Below are positions 9,269 through 19,784 of a DNA stretch of 64,000 bases, one piece after another (the first letter of the stretch is position 1; the number at the start of each line of letters is the position of its first letter). The notes under the pieces were generated by a model. It did no database searches. It saw nothing but the letters and a program-made list of their open reading frames with translations, and had not been told where the DNA came from. The stretch comes from Mycobacterium sp. Lineage in GTDB: Bacteria > Actinomycetota > Actinomycetes > Mycobacteriales > Mycobacteriaceae. A program made the translations under genes and the position numbers. The stretch lies in the NCBI GenBank assembly GCA_049683935.1, contig JBAUJR010000071.1, one strand, 5' to 3'.

Positions 9269-10429
9269 ATGCGCTTCGGAAACTTCATGGCTCCCTTCCA
9301 TCCGGTCGGGCAGAACCCGACCCTCGCCATCGAACGAGACCTCGACCTGATCGTGATGATGGACCGCCTCGGATTCGCCGAGGCGTGGATCGGCGAGCAC
9401 CACTCCGCCGGGTTCGAGATCATCGCCTCCCCCGAGGTCGTCATCGCCGTCGCCGCCGAGCGGACCAAGCACATCAAGCTCGGGACGGGCGTCAGCTCGC
9501 TGCCGTATCACAACCCGTTGATGCTCGCCGACCGGATGGTCCTGCTCGACCACCTCACCCGGGGCCGCGCCATGCTGGGCTGCGGTCCGGGCCAGCTCAC
9601 GTCCGACGCCCACATGCTCGGCATCCCCGCCGATCAGCAACGACCCCGGATGGAGCAGAGCCTCGACGCGATCATGCGCCTGCTGCGCGGCGAGACCGTC
9701 ACCATGCATACCGACGGCTTCACCCTGCAGGACGCCCGACTGCAGCTGAAGCCGTACAGCGACCCGTGCTTCGACGTCGCGGTGGCGGCATCGTTCTCCC
9801 CCACGGGTCCGCGGGGCGCCGGTAAGCACGGCGTCGGGATGTTGTCGATCGCCGCCACCGCCAAGCAGGGCATGGATCTGCTGGCCCAGCACTGGGCGAC
9901 ATGGGAGGAGGTCGCGCTCGAGCACGGCCACGTCGCCGACCGCTCGAAGTGGCGGCTGGTCGGCCCGATGCACCTCGCCGACACCCGCGAGCAGGCAGAG
10001 CGCGATGTCGAGTACGGAATCGCGGAATTCTCAAGGTATTTCACCCACATCCTGCCGGCAGGGCCGGTTCAGGGCGACACCGCGGCCGAGATCATCGCCA
10101 ACAACCGAGAATCCGGCTTCGCGGTGATCGGCACGCCCGAGGACGCGGTGGCCAAGATCTCCGAGCTCGTCGAGGCCAGCAATGGCGGGTTCGGGGCCTT
10201 CCTGCTGTTCGACCACGACTGGGCACCGCCGGCGGCGAAACTGCACAGCTACGAGCTGTTCGCGCAGTACGGGATGCCGCATTTCACCGGCCAGCTTGCG
10301 CCGCCGACCGCGTCGCGCGACTGGGTGACCGGACACGGAACCGAGTTCGTCGACCGCGCTGCGCACGCGATCGGCAAAGCCATCGAGGACCACGCCGCGG
10401 AACAGGACGCCAAGAAGGTCCCGCAGTAG
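9269..10429 (+). CDS. LLM-class (luciferase-like) flavin-dependent monooxygenase
   Basis: The true start is probably ATG 9269 (MRFGNFMAPFHPVGQNP...) inside ORF 9191..10429. The composition upstream of that ATG is Arg/Pro-rich. Confidence 0.8.
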   Translation: MRFGNFMAPFHPVGQNPTLAIERDLDLIVMMDRLGFAEAWIGEHHSAGFEIIASPEVVIAVAAERTKHIKLGTGVSSLPYHNPLMLADRMVLLDHLTRGRAMLGCGPGQLTSDAHMLGIPADQQRPRMEQSLDAIMRLLRGETVTMHTDGFTLQDARLQLKPYSDPCFDVAVAASFSPTGPRGAGKHGVGMLSIAATAKQGMDLLAQHWATWEEVALEHGHVADRSKWRLVGPMHLADTREQAERDVEYGIAEFSRYFTHILPAGPVQGDTAAEIIANNRESGFAVIGTPEDAVAKISELVEASNGGFGAFLLFDHDWAPPAAKLHSYELFAQYGMPHFTGQLAPPTASRDWVTGHGTEFVDRAAHAIGKAIEDHAAEQDAKKVPQ

Positions 10430-10488
10430 CGGACGTACCGACGCCCGGCGTAGGGGTTCTGACGCCGGATCGGGGGAACACGGGTCGC

Positions 10489-11163
10489 ATGGAGACTCAG
10501 GAGTACGCCCCGGGCCGTGCGGTCGATCTCTACGGAGAGATGTCGGAACCCACGGTGCTGCTATGGCACGGCATGCAGACCGACGCCCGCGCGGCAGTCC
10601 GCCCACTGGCCGAACGGCTCGCCGAACGTCGGTTCGGCGTCGTGGTGCCCGACTGGAACTCACATGCCGCCGACGGCGGCCGGTCGGACCTGTTGAACTC
10701 GGCGGCCTTCGCCCGCCGATTCACCGGAGCTGCCGACGGTCTGGGACTGGTGGGCTGGTCGATGGGTGGTCTCGCGGCTGCCGGACTCACGCTGCATGCA
10801 ACGGAATTCGACATCCCGCTCACACACACGGTGTGCCTCGGCGGCGCCTTCATAGCGAAGGATCCGATATCCGGCGGGTTACTGCTCGACGGCCCGGCAC
10901 CCGGTTGCGTGGGATCGCCCATCACGTTGCTGCACGGGGTGGATGACGACGTCGTCCCCGTCACGTCCAGCCGTGAGTTCGCGGCCGCCCTGGGACAGGT
11001 CGGCTGGCCGGTGGACGTCGTCGAGATCGACACCGATCACGGGGCGATCGCCGGTGCACGCTACGACGCGGCGCTCGACTGCTACCTTCCCGCCGAGGAC
11101 GCGCCGACACTGGCGGTCGCCGCCGAAGTCGCCGCCCTGATCGCCGGGGCGCTGGGGCGCTGA
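10489..11163 (+). CDS. Alpha/beta hydrolase
   Basis: Start is ATG 10489 (METQEYAPG...) inside ORF 9901..11163. Readable motifs are the nucleophile elbow GWSMGG, HGVDDDVVP and DTDHG. Confidence 0.75.
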   Translation: METQEYAPGRAVDLYGEMSEPTVLLWHGMQTDARAAVRPLAERLAERRFGVVVPDWNSHAADGGRSDLLNSAAFARRFTGAADGLGLVGWSMGGLAAAGLTLHATEFDIPLTHTVCLGGAFIAKDPISGGLLLDGPAPGCVGSPITLLHGVDDDVVPVTSSREFAAALGQVGWPVDVVEIDTDHGAIAGARYDAALDCYLPAEDAPTLAVAAEVAALIAGALGR

Positions 11164-11184
11164 AGCCGTCAATCAGACACGCCC

Positions 11185-11871
11185 TCAGACCGCTGAACGC
11201 CGGGTTGCTGCGCGCGCCAGTACGTACAGCACCACGCCCACGGCCATCAGGATGGCCGCGAACAGCCACACCTTGCCGCTCTGCTGGGTCATCAGCAGAA
11301 GACACGACGCGACGCCGAGCACCGGGATGGCAGTCCACACCCGGAAGTGGTCGTGGGCGACGGTGTCGCGGCGCAGCACCAGCACCGCGACGTTGGTCGA
11401 GATGAACACCACCAACAGCAGCAGGACGACCGTCTCCGCCAGAGTCGACAGATCACCGGTCAGGGTGAGCAGCATCGCCACCAAGGTCGTGGCGAGGATG
11501 GCCGCCCAGGGGGTACGCCGATTGGGCAGTACCCGGCCCAACACGCTCGGCAACAGCCGGTGCTCAGCCATCCCGTAGGTCAGGCGGCTGGCCATGATCA
11601 TGGTGAGCAGGGCCCCATTGGCCACGGCCACCAGCGCGTACATGACGCCCGCGGTGATGAGGGCGCCGAAGAGCGCGGCCGGGTACACCTTGGCCGGGTT
11701 TCGGATCTCTTCTGCGACGTTGGCTGAGGTCTCGAACCCGACGAACGAGTAGTAGGCGACGATGGCGCCGCTGAGGATCGCCGGCGCGGGAACGGAGCCG
11801 TCGGGCAGTTCGGTGATGCGGCCCACCTCACCGCGACCGCCTCCGACCATGACTGCCACCGCGATGATCAC
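11185..11871 (-). pseudogene. C-terminal half of an APC-family amino-acid permease (N-terminal ~200 aa missing)
   Basis: The 228-aa ORF begins in the middle of a TM helix (GLLIVIIAVAVMVGG). It contains the mid-protein APC signature AYYSFVGFETSANVAEEIRNPAKVYP and six further TM segments. Its 5' end abuts and overlaps the 3' end of the PucR-like gene in another frame. Confidence 0.6.
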
Positions 11872-13039
11872 GATGAGCAGGCCGCGACTGCACCTTCGCG
11901 TTCGGGACCGCCAGCGCCACGGTCAGCTCCATCACCGTCTTCGGGTCGTTGAGCCGGTCGCCGAACAACTCCCGCAGTTGGGTCATCCGGTAGCGCACCG
12001 TCTGCGGGTGGACGAACAGTTCCGCCGCGACCACCTCGCGCTGGCCTCGATGCAGCAGCCACGACCTCAGGGTCTCGGCCAACCGCTCGGCGGTGTTGGG
12101 CCGCAGACCCGCCAACGGCGCCAACGCGTGGCGGCGGAGATCGTCGGCAGCGTCCCGATCGGCGGTCAGGACGAGTTCGACCAGGTGATCGTCGGTGTCG
12201 ATGACCTCGACGGTGGCATCGCCGGCCACCGTCAGCTCCCGTGCCCGCAGGGCTCGTTGATACGACGACCGGACCAGCATCCACGGCCGAGCCGGACCCA
12301 CCAACGCTCGTCGGCCCTGCAGCGCCGAACGCAACTGGCCGCGATGCCGGTCGTCCAGATCCGGGACCAGCAACACCGCCAGCGACTCCGACGGGCTGAT
12401 CCCCGGCAGGTCTTCGTTGAGCTGCAACGTGGACGCGCCGAATCGAGCGGCCAAACCGCGGGTTTGGGACACCGCGAGCACCACGGCGGTCAGGGTGGCC
12501 GGAGATTGCCAATCGGCTTTGTCCGCGCTGTCGTGCAGAACCTCGACAGGCTCCCCGTCGAGCAACTGACGGGCCAACCGTTCGAGATAGCGTTCGCGCA
12601 CCCGCCCCGTGGTGGCCAACTGGTCGGCGTGGCCGGCGACACTGGACGCCGACAGTTGATCGATGAACGCGAAGACCAACTCTGCGAACCGGGCCACGGT
12701 GTCGGCCGGCACGCCGGCGTCCACGGCCGTCGACGACAGCTCGCGCCAGGCCACCCGAGCGCCGACGCGGTACGCCGAGAGCAGCGCGTCCATGGACCGG
12801 CCCTGACGCGCCTCGCCGCGTCCCAGTTCGTAGGCGCCGTCCAGTGCCGGGCTCAGCGTCGCCGTGGCATCGGAGTCCTGCGCGCGGACCGCCAGCCGCA
12901 GAAAGCCGCCGAGCGCCATCTGCACCGCGTTCTCGATGTTGTCGCCCATTCGACCGCTGAAAGCTCCGGCGTAACTGGGCACCTCTCCGGTCACCGCGGC
13001 CACGGTGCGTTCCGCCATGCTCGGTAGCACCGCCAGCAA
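11828..13039 (-). CDS. PucR/CdaR-like transcriptional regulator
   Basis: 403 aa with TTG 13039 (alternative ATG 13018). The C-terminal HTH is ELFVHPQTVRYRMTQLRELFGDRLNDP. The last ~20 residues (QSRPAHRDHRGGSHGRRRSR) are Arg-rich and are read from permease-remnant DNA. Confidence 0.75.
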   Translation of the reverse strand: MLAVLPSMAERTVAAVTGEVPSYAGAFSGRMGDNIENAVQMALGGFLRLAVRAQDSDATATLSPALDGAYELGRGEARQGRSMDALLSAYRVGARVAWRELSSTAVDAGVPADTVARFAELVFAFIDQLSASSVAGHADQLATTGRVRERYLERLARQLLDGEPVEVLHDSADKADWQSPATLTAVVLAVSQTRGLAARFGASTLQLNEDLPGISPSESLAVLLVPDLDDRHRGQLRSALQGRRALVGPARPWMLVRSSYQRALRARELTVAGDATVEVIDTDDHLVELVLTADRDAADDLRRHALAPLAGLRPNTAERLAETLRSWLLHRGQREVVAAELFVHPQTVRYRMTQLRELFGDRLNDPKTVMELTVALAVPNAKVQSRPAHRDHRGGSHGRRRSR

Positions 13040-13184
13040 CGCCGACGCGACGTCCTCCGACAGGTCGAGTCCAGTGAAGCGGAGCTCCGGTTCTGAAATA
13101 ACTATCCTCTCCGAACAAATTCATGCGGCTTCTTCACGCCCAGAGTCCAAGAGTTTATACCTCTACCTCAGTCAGAGTGGAGTC

Positions 13185-14276
13185 ATGACCACAACGGCAC
13201 CCCGCACGACCTCGCTCGGTGTGCTGCGGGCGCGCGTGATGAAGCTCGCGGAGCGGGTGACCACTCCTCTGGTTCCTGCTGATTACCTCGACGTCATCGA
13301 CCCGTTGCGCTCCGGCGCCGATCTCCGTGGCCGCATCGTCGCGCTCCACCCCGAGACCCGCGATTCCGTCACCGTGGTGATCAAGCCCGGCCGCGGATGG
13401 CGCGGCCACACCCCCGGCCAATACGTGCGGATCGGGATCGACGTCGACGGAGTCCGCCAGTGGCGGGCCTACTCGCTGACCTCGGAGACCTCCAGACCCG
13501 ACGACTGCATCACCATCACCGTGAAGGCGATCCCGGGCGGCACCGTGAGCAACCATCTGGTCGGTCGCGCGACCGTCGGCACTGTCATCCAGCTGGACCA
13601 GCCCGCAGGCGAATTCACCCTCGAAGGACACCAGCCGGCAAAGATCCTCTTCGTCACCGCGGGCAGCGGTGTCACCCCGGTGATGGGGATGCTGCGCAAC
13701 ATGACCGATCAGCACCGCGACGTCACAGTCGTGCACTCCGCGCCCACCGCGGGCGACGTGATCTTCGGAGAAGAACTCAGGACGATGGCACGCCGAGGCC
13801 GAATCCGTTTGGTGGAGAGGCACACCGACGCCGAAGGAGTGCTCGACATGGAGACCCTCGCCGACCTCGTCGACGACTTCGCCACCCGCCAGACGTGGGC
13901 CTGCGGACCCGCCGGGATGCTCGACGCCCTCGAAGCCCGCTGGGACGCTGCCGGAATCGCCGACCAACTGCACACCGAGCGCTTTCGCCCGACGATCATC
14001 ACCGCGGGCGACGGCGGCGCCGTCACCTTCGCGAAGTCCGGAACAACCGTCGATGCGGAAGCATCCCAGACGCTGCTCGACACCGGCGAGGCCGCAGGAG
14101 TGCTGATGCCCTCTGGGTGCCGGATGGGCATCTGCTTCGGCTGCGTCGCTCCGCTGCGCCAGGGTGCGGTGCGTGACCTCCGCACCGGCGACGTCACCAC
14201 CGCCTCACCGGGCGACAACGTCCAGATCCAAACCTGCGTCTCCGCCGCCGCGGGCACCTGCGAAATCGATCTTTAG
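13185..14276 (+). CDS. FNR-type oxidoreductase with C-terminal 2Fe-2S ferredoxin domain (DesA3 partner; Rv3230c-like)
   Basis: Start is ATG 13185 (MTTTAPRTTS...) inside ORF 13005..14276. It carries the flavin-binding RAYSLTS, the NAD-binding LFVTAGSGVTP and the cluster motif GCRMGICFGC. Confidence 0.8.
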   Translation: MTTTAPRTTSLGVLRARVMKLAERVTTPLVPADYLDVIDPLRSGADLRGRIVALHPETRDSVTVVIKPGRGWRGHTPGQYVRIGIDVDGVRQWRAYSLTSETSRPDDCITITVKAIPGGTVSNHLVGRATVGTVIQLDQPAGEFTLEGHQPAKILFVTAGSGVTPVMGMLRNMTDQHRDVTVVHSAPTAGDVIFGEELRTMARRGRIRLVERHTDAEGVLDMETLADLVDDFATRQTWACGPAGMLDALEARWDAAGIADQLHTERFRPTIITAGDGGAVTFAKSGTTVDAEASQTLLDTGEAAGVLMPSGCRMGICFGCVAPLRQGAVRDLRTGDVTTASPGDNVQIQTCVSAAAGTCEIDL

Positions 14277-14291
14277 TCAAGGAGATTCGAC

Positions 14292-15425
14292 ATGACCGTT
14301 TCCACCCTCGAGCCGACAACTGAAACCAACACCGGCCCGGCCGCCCACCTCACCGACGACGACATCACGAACATCGGCCTCGAATTGGACGCCATCCGTG
14401 ACCAGATCCTCTCCGAACGCGGCGAGCACGACGCTGCCTACATCCGCAAGGTCATCGACGGCCAGCGCAAGCTCGAACTGAGCAGCCGCGCCGTGCTGTT
14501 GTTCTCGCTGTTCCCGCCCGCCTGGATCATCGGCACCGCGGGCCTGTCGGTATCAAAGATCGTCGAGAACATGGAGATCGGCCACAACGTCATGCACGGC
14601 CAGTGGGACTGGATGCGCGACTCCAAGATCCACTCGACGACATGGGAGTGGGACAACGCCTCCCCGTCGGATATGTGGAAGCACTCCCACAACGAGGTGC
14701 ACCACACCTACACGAATGTGCTCGGCAAGGATCACGACCTCGGTTACGGCATCATGCGCGTCGACGAGGACCAGAAGTGGATCCCGTTCTACCTCGCGCA
14801 GCCGCTGTGGAATGCCATCAACGCCTGCATGTTCCAGTACGGCATCGCCGCGTACGACCTCGAGATCGGCAAGTTCCTGAAGGGCCGGACCGACAAAGAC
14901 GAGTTCCGCCGCAATGCCAAGCAGGTCGTCGCGAAGATTCGCAAGCACGCGACCCGCGATTACCTTCTGCACCCGCTGATGTCGGGCCCGTCGGCGCTGC
15001 CGACCCTCACCGCGAACGTGACGGCCAACCTGGTCCGTAATCTGTGGACGCACTCGGTGATCATGTGCGGACACTTCCCCGAAGGTGTCCAGACATTCGA
15101 GAAGAGCTCCATCGACGGCGAGACCCGCGGCGAATGGTACCTGCGCCAAATGCTGGGATCGGCAAACATTTCCGGCAGTTCGCTGCTGCACTTCATGACC
15201 GGCAACCTGTCGTTCCAGATCGAGCACCACCTGTTCCCCGATCTGCCCAGCAACCGCTACCAGGAGATCGCGCCCAAGGTGCAGGACCTGTTCGAGCGCT
15301 ACGGCCTGACGTACACCAGCGGATCGCTTCCCAACCAGGTTGCCTCGGCGTGGAAGAAGGTGTTCCGACTTTCGTTGCCCAACAACTTCAGCCTCTTCGG
15401 GCGGGGCAGCAACACCGAGAACTGA
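14292..15425 (+). CDS. desA3: Membrane acyl-CoA (stearoyl-CoA) desaturase
   Basis: 377 aa. The three His boxes are HNVMHG, HNEVHH and QIEHHLF. It lies directly downstream of the reductase, as in the Rv3230c-Rv3229c pair (from memory). Confidence 0.8.
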   Translation: MTVSTLEPTTETNTGPAAHLTDDDITNIGLELDAIRDQILSERGEHDAAYIRKVIDGQRKLELSSRAVLLFSLFPPAWIIGTAGLSVSKIVENMEIGHNVMHGQWDWMRDSKIHSTTWEWDNASPSDMWKHSHNEVHHTYTNVLGKDHDLGYGIMRVDEDQKWIPFYLAQPLWNAINACMFQYGIAAYDLEIGKFLKGRTDKDEFRRNAKQVVAKIRKHATRDYLLHPLMSGPSALPTLTANVTANLVRNLWTHSVIMCGHFPEGVQTFEKSSIDGETRGEWYLRQMLGSANISGSSLLHFMTGNLSFQIEHHLFPDLPSNRYQEIAPKVQDLFERYGLTYTSGSLPNQVASAWKKVFRLSLPNNFSLFGRGSNTEN

Positions 15426-15474
15426 CAGTCGCGAACCGCCTCTGGTTTGAGTTCATCAACGTCACAATGAGCCC

Positions 15475-15804
15475 ATGACCCACACGCCCGACGACCTCCC
15501 CTCGCCCGCTGATTTCCGAAGGAAGCTGGCCCACGTCGATCGGGAGTTCTCCGATGCCCGTCGGTATCTGTCAGCGTTGTGCGCCGAAGACTATGAGGCG
15601 CTCCAGGCACTGATGGTGGAGATCCACCACAGCGAACGGGCCATGAAGGTGTTGGCAGCCATGGCAGTTCAGGCGCTCGACTTCGCCCAGCTGTCCGCGG
15701 ATCGCCTCGGCGGTGATGTCCAGCAGTGGCTCGACGAGTCGGTGATGGCCCAGGATGCCGGCGAGAACGAGCGGGACCGGACCGAGCTCGGCGGCGAGGG
15801 CTGA
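15475..15804 (+). CDS. Hypothetical helical protein
   Basis: 109-aa ORF with ordinary composition and no motif I recognise. Confidence 0.45.
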   Translation: MTHTPDDLPSPADFRRKLAHVDREFSDARRYLSALCAEDYEALQALMVEIHHSERAMKVLAAMAVQALDFAQLSADRLGGDVQQWLDESVMAQDAGENERDRTELGGEG

Positions 15805-15827
15805 CTTCTCGAACCCCAAACCGGGCG

Positions 15828-16601
15828 CTACTGCGCGAGATACCCGCCGTCGACAGGCAGCACCACGCCGGTGATGAAGGAGGCGTCGTCAGAGGCCAGG
15901 AAGACGATGGCGCTGGCGACTTCGGCCGGTTCGCCGAGACGGCCCATCGGGTGCATCCCCTCGATGGTCGCCAGGTATTCCGAGCCGCCCGGCTCGTCCG
16001 GGAGCCGCCTGACCCGCTCGGTCCGAATCGTTCCCGGTGCAACGGCGTTGACTCTGATCCCCTGGTCGGCCCACTCGACCGCCAGATGCATGGTCAGGCC
16101 GGTTGCGACGAACTTGGCGGGCCCGTAGGCCGCCTGCCGCTTCTGCCCGGCCAGCCCCGAGATCGAGGAGAGGCAGACGATGGCGCCGCCACCGGTCGGC
16201 AGCATCTCCTCGATCGCGAACTTGCACGTGAGGAACATGCCGCGTCCATCGATGCCCATCACCTCGTCCCAGCTGTCGGCGGTCATCTCCCTCACATCGC
16301 CGAGCGGGATGATTCCGGCGTTGGCCACCAGCACATCGAGCCGGCCGAAGCGGTCGACCGCGGCCCCGATCATCCGTCGCGCGTCCTCCTCGACCGAGAC
16401 GTCGCCGATGACCGTCTCGACCTCCGCATCGGCGTGCCGCAATTCATCGGCCAGCGCCAGCAGCGGTTCGCCCTGAATGTCGGTCAAGGTCAGCCGCGCC
16501 CCCTCGCGGGCGAACAGCTCGGCGGTCGCCCGACCGATGCCGAACGCCGCCCCGGTGATCACAGCCGACTTCCCGAGAAGACGCCCCGGTTCCTGGCTCA
16601 C
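15828..16601 (-). CDS. SDR-family oxidoreductase
   Basis: GTG 16601 is preceded by GGGGAAG. Motifs are TGAAFGIGRA (TGxxxGxG), NAG and YGPAKF (YxxxK). The ORF track extends it to 16664. Confidence 0.85.
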   Translation of the reverse strand: MSQEPGRLLGKSAVITGAAFGIGRATAELFAREGARLTLTDIQGEPLLALADELRHADAEVETVIGDVSVEEDARRMIGAAVDRFGRLDVLVANAGIIPLGDVREMTADSWDEVMGIDGRGMFLTCKFAIEEMLPTGGGAIVCLSSISGLAGQKRQAAYGPAKFVATGLTMHLAVEWADQGIRVNAVAPGTIRTERVRRLPDEPGGSEYLATIEGMHPMGRLGEPAEVASAIVFLASDDASFITGVVLPVDGGYLAQ

Positions 16602-16801
16602 AACTTCCCCATCGCGGTCAGCCCGTCGATATTCGCCCCTGAGTTCACCGCCGCATCGTGTCACCGCTGGTCGGACGGTGTCCGGGCTTTGGTCGCCGCG
16701 GTGCGTTCTGTGGCCGAAATGAGAGCAGGTGCAAGGCGTCGACAGCGCGATCGGCCCTACTGGACTCCGCCGTACCGGAGCCGGTTTGTAGGCTTTCGGG
16801 C

Positions 16802-18589
16802 ATGCCGTTGAACAACGGCGAGGAATTCGCCGGGTACGTGATCCAGCGGTTACTCGGCACCGGTGGGATGGGCGAGGTCTACCTCGCCCAGCATCCTCGG
16901 CTGCCTCGTCACGACGCGCTCAAGATCTTGTCGCCCACCTCAACGGCGGACACCGAGTTCCGCGCACGATTCATTCGCGAGGCCGAACTGGCCGCGACCC
17001 TGCGACACCCGCACATCGTCGGCGTTCTCGATCGAGGTGAGTACAACGGCCGGCTGTGGATTTCGATGGACTACGTGGACGGGATCGACGCCGGCCGGTT
17101 GATCAAAGAGTCGTACCCGCGCGGTATGCCGGAGCGCGATGTCCGGGAGATCGCGTCGGCGGTGGCCGACGCGCTCGACTTCGCCCACGAGCACCGTCTG
17201 CTCCACCGTGACGTCAAGCCGGAGAACGTCCTCGTGACCGAGTCGGATGGACGTCGGCGACGGGTGCTCCTGACCGACTTCGGCATCGCACGCCGGTTCG
17301 ACGACGTCAGCAATCTCACCGACGACAACGTCGCGATCGGAACCGTCAGCTACATGGCGCCCGAGCAACTGCGCGGCCAGTCGCTCGACGGCCGCGCCGA
17401 CCAATATGCGTTGGCTGCCACAATTTTTCATCTTTTGACCGGTGCGCCGCCCTTTCCCGATGCCAATCGGGCGGTTGTCATCAGTCACCATCTGGGCACT
17501 CCGCCGCCGCGGATATCGGAGCGCCGACCCGATCTCGCACACCTCGACGACGTCCTCGCCAGAGCGCTGGCGAAGGATCCCGACGAGCGATATCCCAGTT
17601 GTCTCGACTTCACCCACGCCCTCGCGCAACCAGGTCGAAGCCTCCACGCTCCACCGCATCCGCGGTCGGGTTCGCCGGCGTCGGAAGGCCGTCTCGGCAC
17701 GCAGCGTCTCGAGCGGGTGACCCTTCATGGGACAGCGCGCGCGGTCACGCACAGCGCGTCCGGCGGGCCGGGCCAACCAGGGACCCTGTCGTTCCACCTG
17801 ATGCCGGATGGCCCGACCAACAACCTCCCTGTCCCTGTCCCGGTCGACATCCCCGCTGAACTCGAAGCGGGTCGACTGTCAGAAGGCGACCAGGTCGAGG
17901 TCAGTGGTGTCTGGGACGGCCATACCCTCGACGCCGACGAGGTCGGCATCTTCCCGGCCGCCACCCCTCCCCAGCGCCGGTCGTCTCCGCCCAGCACTAC
18001 GGCGAGGTGGGAAACCGAAACGGCGCCCCGACGCGGTCGCGCTCGGTTGGCGGTGGTCGCCGCCCTCGTCGGTGTGATCGTGGTGGTGGCGGGCGCGGTG
18101 GTGTGGTTCACCGATGGGTTCGGCCTGTGGACTCGCCCGGGCCCGATCCTCACACCCGAGAGCGTCACGGTGTTCGCGCCCGACAGCGCGCCGGACAATC
18201 CGCAGGAAGCCGAACTGGCGATCGACGGTGACCCCGACACGTCCTGGTCCACCGTCACCTACCGGGACGCGGTCCCGTTCCCGAACTTCATCGAGGGACA
18301 GGGACTGATGTTGCACCTGTCCGAACCGGCGGCGCTGGGTGCCGTCACCATTGACTTGTCCAGCACGGGAACCGAAGTGCAGATCCGCTCGTCGCCCACC
18401 GAGACTCCGGCCTCGCTGGCCGACACCGCGGAACTGACCCCGGCCACGACCTTGCAGCCCGGCGAGAACCGCATCGAGGTCGATGACGCGACCGAGACCT
18501 CCAATGTGCTGGTGTGGATCAGCACATTGGGCACCACCGACGGCCAGAGCCGGACGGAGATCTCCGAAATCACGCTGCAGGCTCGCTGA
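16802..18589 (+). CDS. Transmembrane Ser/Thr protein kinase (PknF/I/J-like kinase domain) with discoidin-like extracytoplasmic domain
   Basis: Start is ATG 16802 (MPLNNGEEFAGYVIQRLLGTGGMGEVYLAQHPRLPRHDALKIL). Kinase motifs HRDVKPEN, DFG and APE are present. A single TM helix is LAVVAALVGVIVVVAGAVVWF. The C-terminus contains ELAIDGDPDTSWST...TEISEITLQ. Confidence 0.85.
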   Translation: MPLNNGEEFAGYVIQRLLGTGGMGEVYLAQHPRLPRHDALKILSPTSTADTEFRARFIREAELAATLRHPHIVGVLDRGEYNGRLWISMDYVDGIDAGRLIKESYPRGMPERDVREIASAVADALDFAHEHRLLHRDVKPENVLVTESDGRRRRVLLTDFGIARRFDDVSNLTDDNVAIGTVSYMAPEQLRGQSLDGRADQYALAATIFHLLTGAPPFPDANRAVVISHHLGTPPPRISERRPDLAHLDDVLARALAKDPDERYPSCLDFTHALAQPGRSLHAPPHPRSGSPASEGRLGTQRLERVTLHGTARAVTHSASGGPGQPGTLSFHLMPDGPTNNLPVPVPVDIPAELEAGRLSEGDQVEVSGVWDGHTLDADEVGIFPAATPPQRRSSPPSTTARWETETAPRRGRARLAVVAALVGVIVVVAGAVVWFTDGFGLWTRPGPILTPESVTVFAPDSAPDNPQEAELAIDGDPDTSWSTVTYRDAVPFPNFIEGQGLMLHLSEPAALGAVTIDLSSTGTEVQIRSSPTETPASLADTAELTPATTLQPGENRIEVDDATETSNVLVWISTLGTTDGQSRTEISEITLQAR

Positions 18590-18600
18590 GTAGTCCGCTT

Positions 18601-19267
<667 letters not shown>

Positions 19268-19368
19268 CGGCCTGCGTTTTATCTGAGGTTGGGCGAGTCG
19301 GCCGCCACCCGCGCTCGATAGACGCGACGCGACGCGTCCATTCGCTGCAAAATTCCTAGACCGTGCCT

Positions 19369-19407
19369 CCACAAAGAAAACAGGCCAGGGATTATGTCCC
19401 TGACCTG
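19369..19407 (-). terminator. Intrinsic terminator of ssrA
   Basis: The minus-strand RNA reads CAGGUCAGGGA-CAUAA-UCCCUGGCCUG, an 11-bp stem with one G-U pair. It is followed by UUUUCUUUGUGG and begins 8 nt after the tmRNA CCA end. Confidence 0.75.
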
Positions 19408-19415
19408 GTTCCTTC

Positions 19416-19784
19416 TGGTGGAGCTGCCGGGAATCGAACCCGGGTCCTACGGCATTCCCTCGAGGCTTCTCCGTGCGCAGTTCGCTATGTCTCTACTCGG
19501 ATCTCCTGATCACGCGAACAAGTCAGGATGACGATCCCAGTCGCTGTTTGATGTCCCGATATGTCCCGCGACCGGACGTATCGGTGGGTCCCTCTAGATG
19601 ATGCCAGGGTCCGGGCCGAGGGCGCTCCCGGTCTGACAGACTCACCGTCGCTTAGGCAGCGAGGGCGAAGTCGCGCTGATTGGAATCGGCGCTTAATTGG
19701 TTGCAACGACGCTTACGGTGGTCAATTGCCTGCACCGGCACGCTTCCCTTGATTCGATGCGCGAAGTCGAAACCGTTCAGCCCC
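19416..19784 (-). ncRNA. ssrA: tmRNA (SsrA)
   Basis: The 5' end GGGGCUG... pairs with the 3' end ...CAGCUCCACCA, including the G3-U pair. The T-arm GGGUUCGAUUCCC is present. The tag frame at 19690..19652 reads GCC GAT TCC AAT CAG CGC GAC TTC GCC CTC GCT GCC TAA, which is ADSNQRDFALAA. It is 369 nt long and on the same strand as smpB. Confidence 0.95.
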
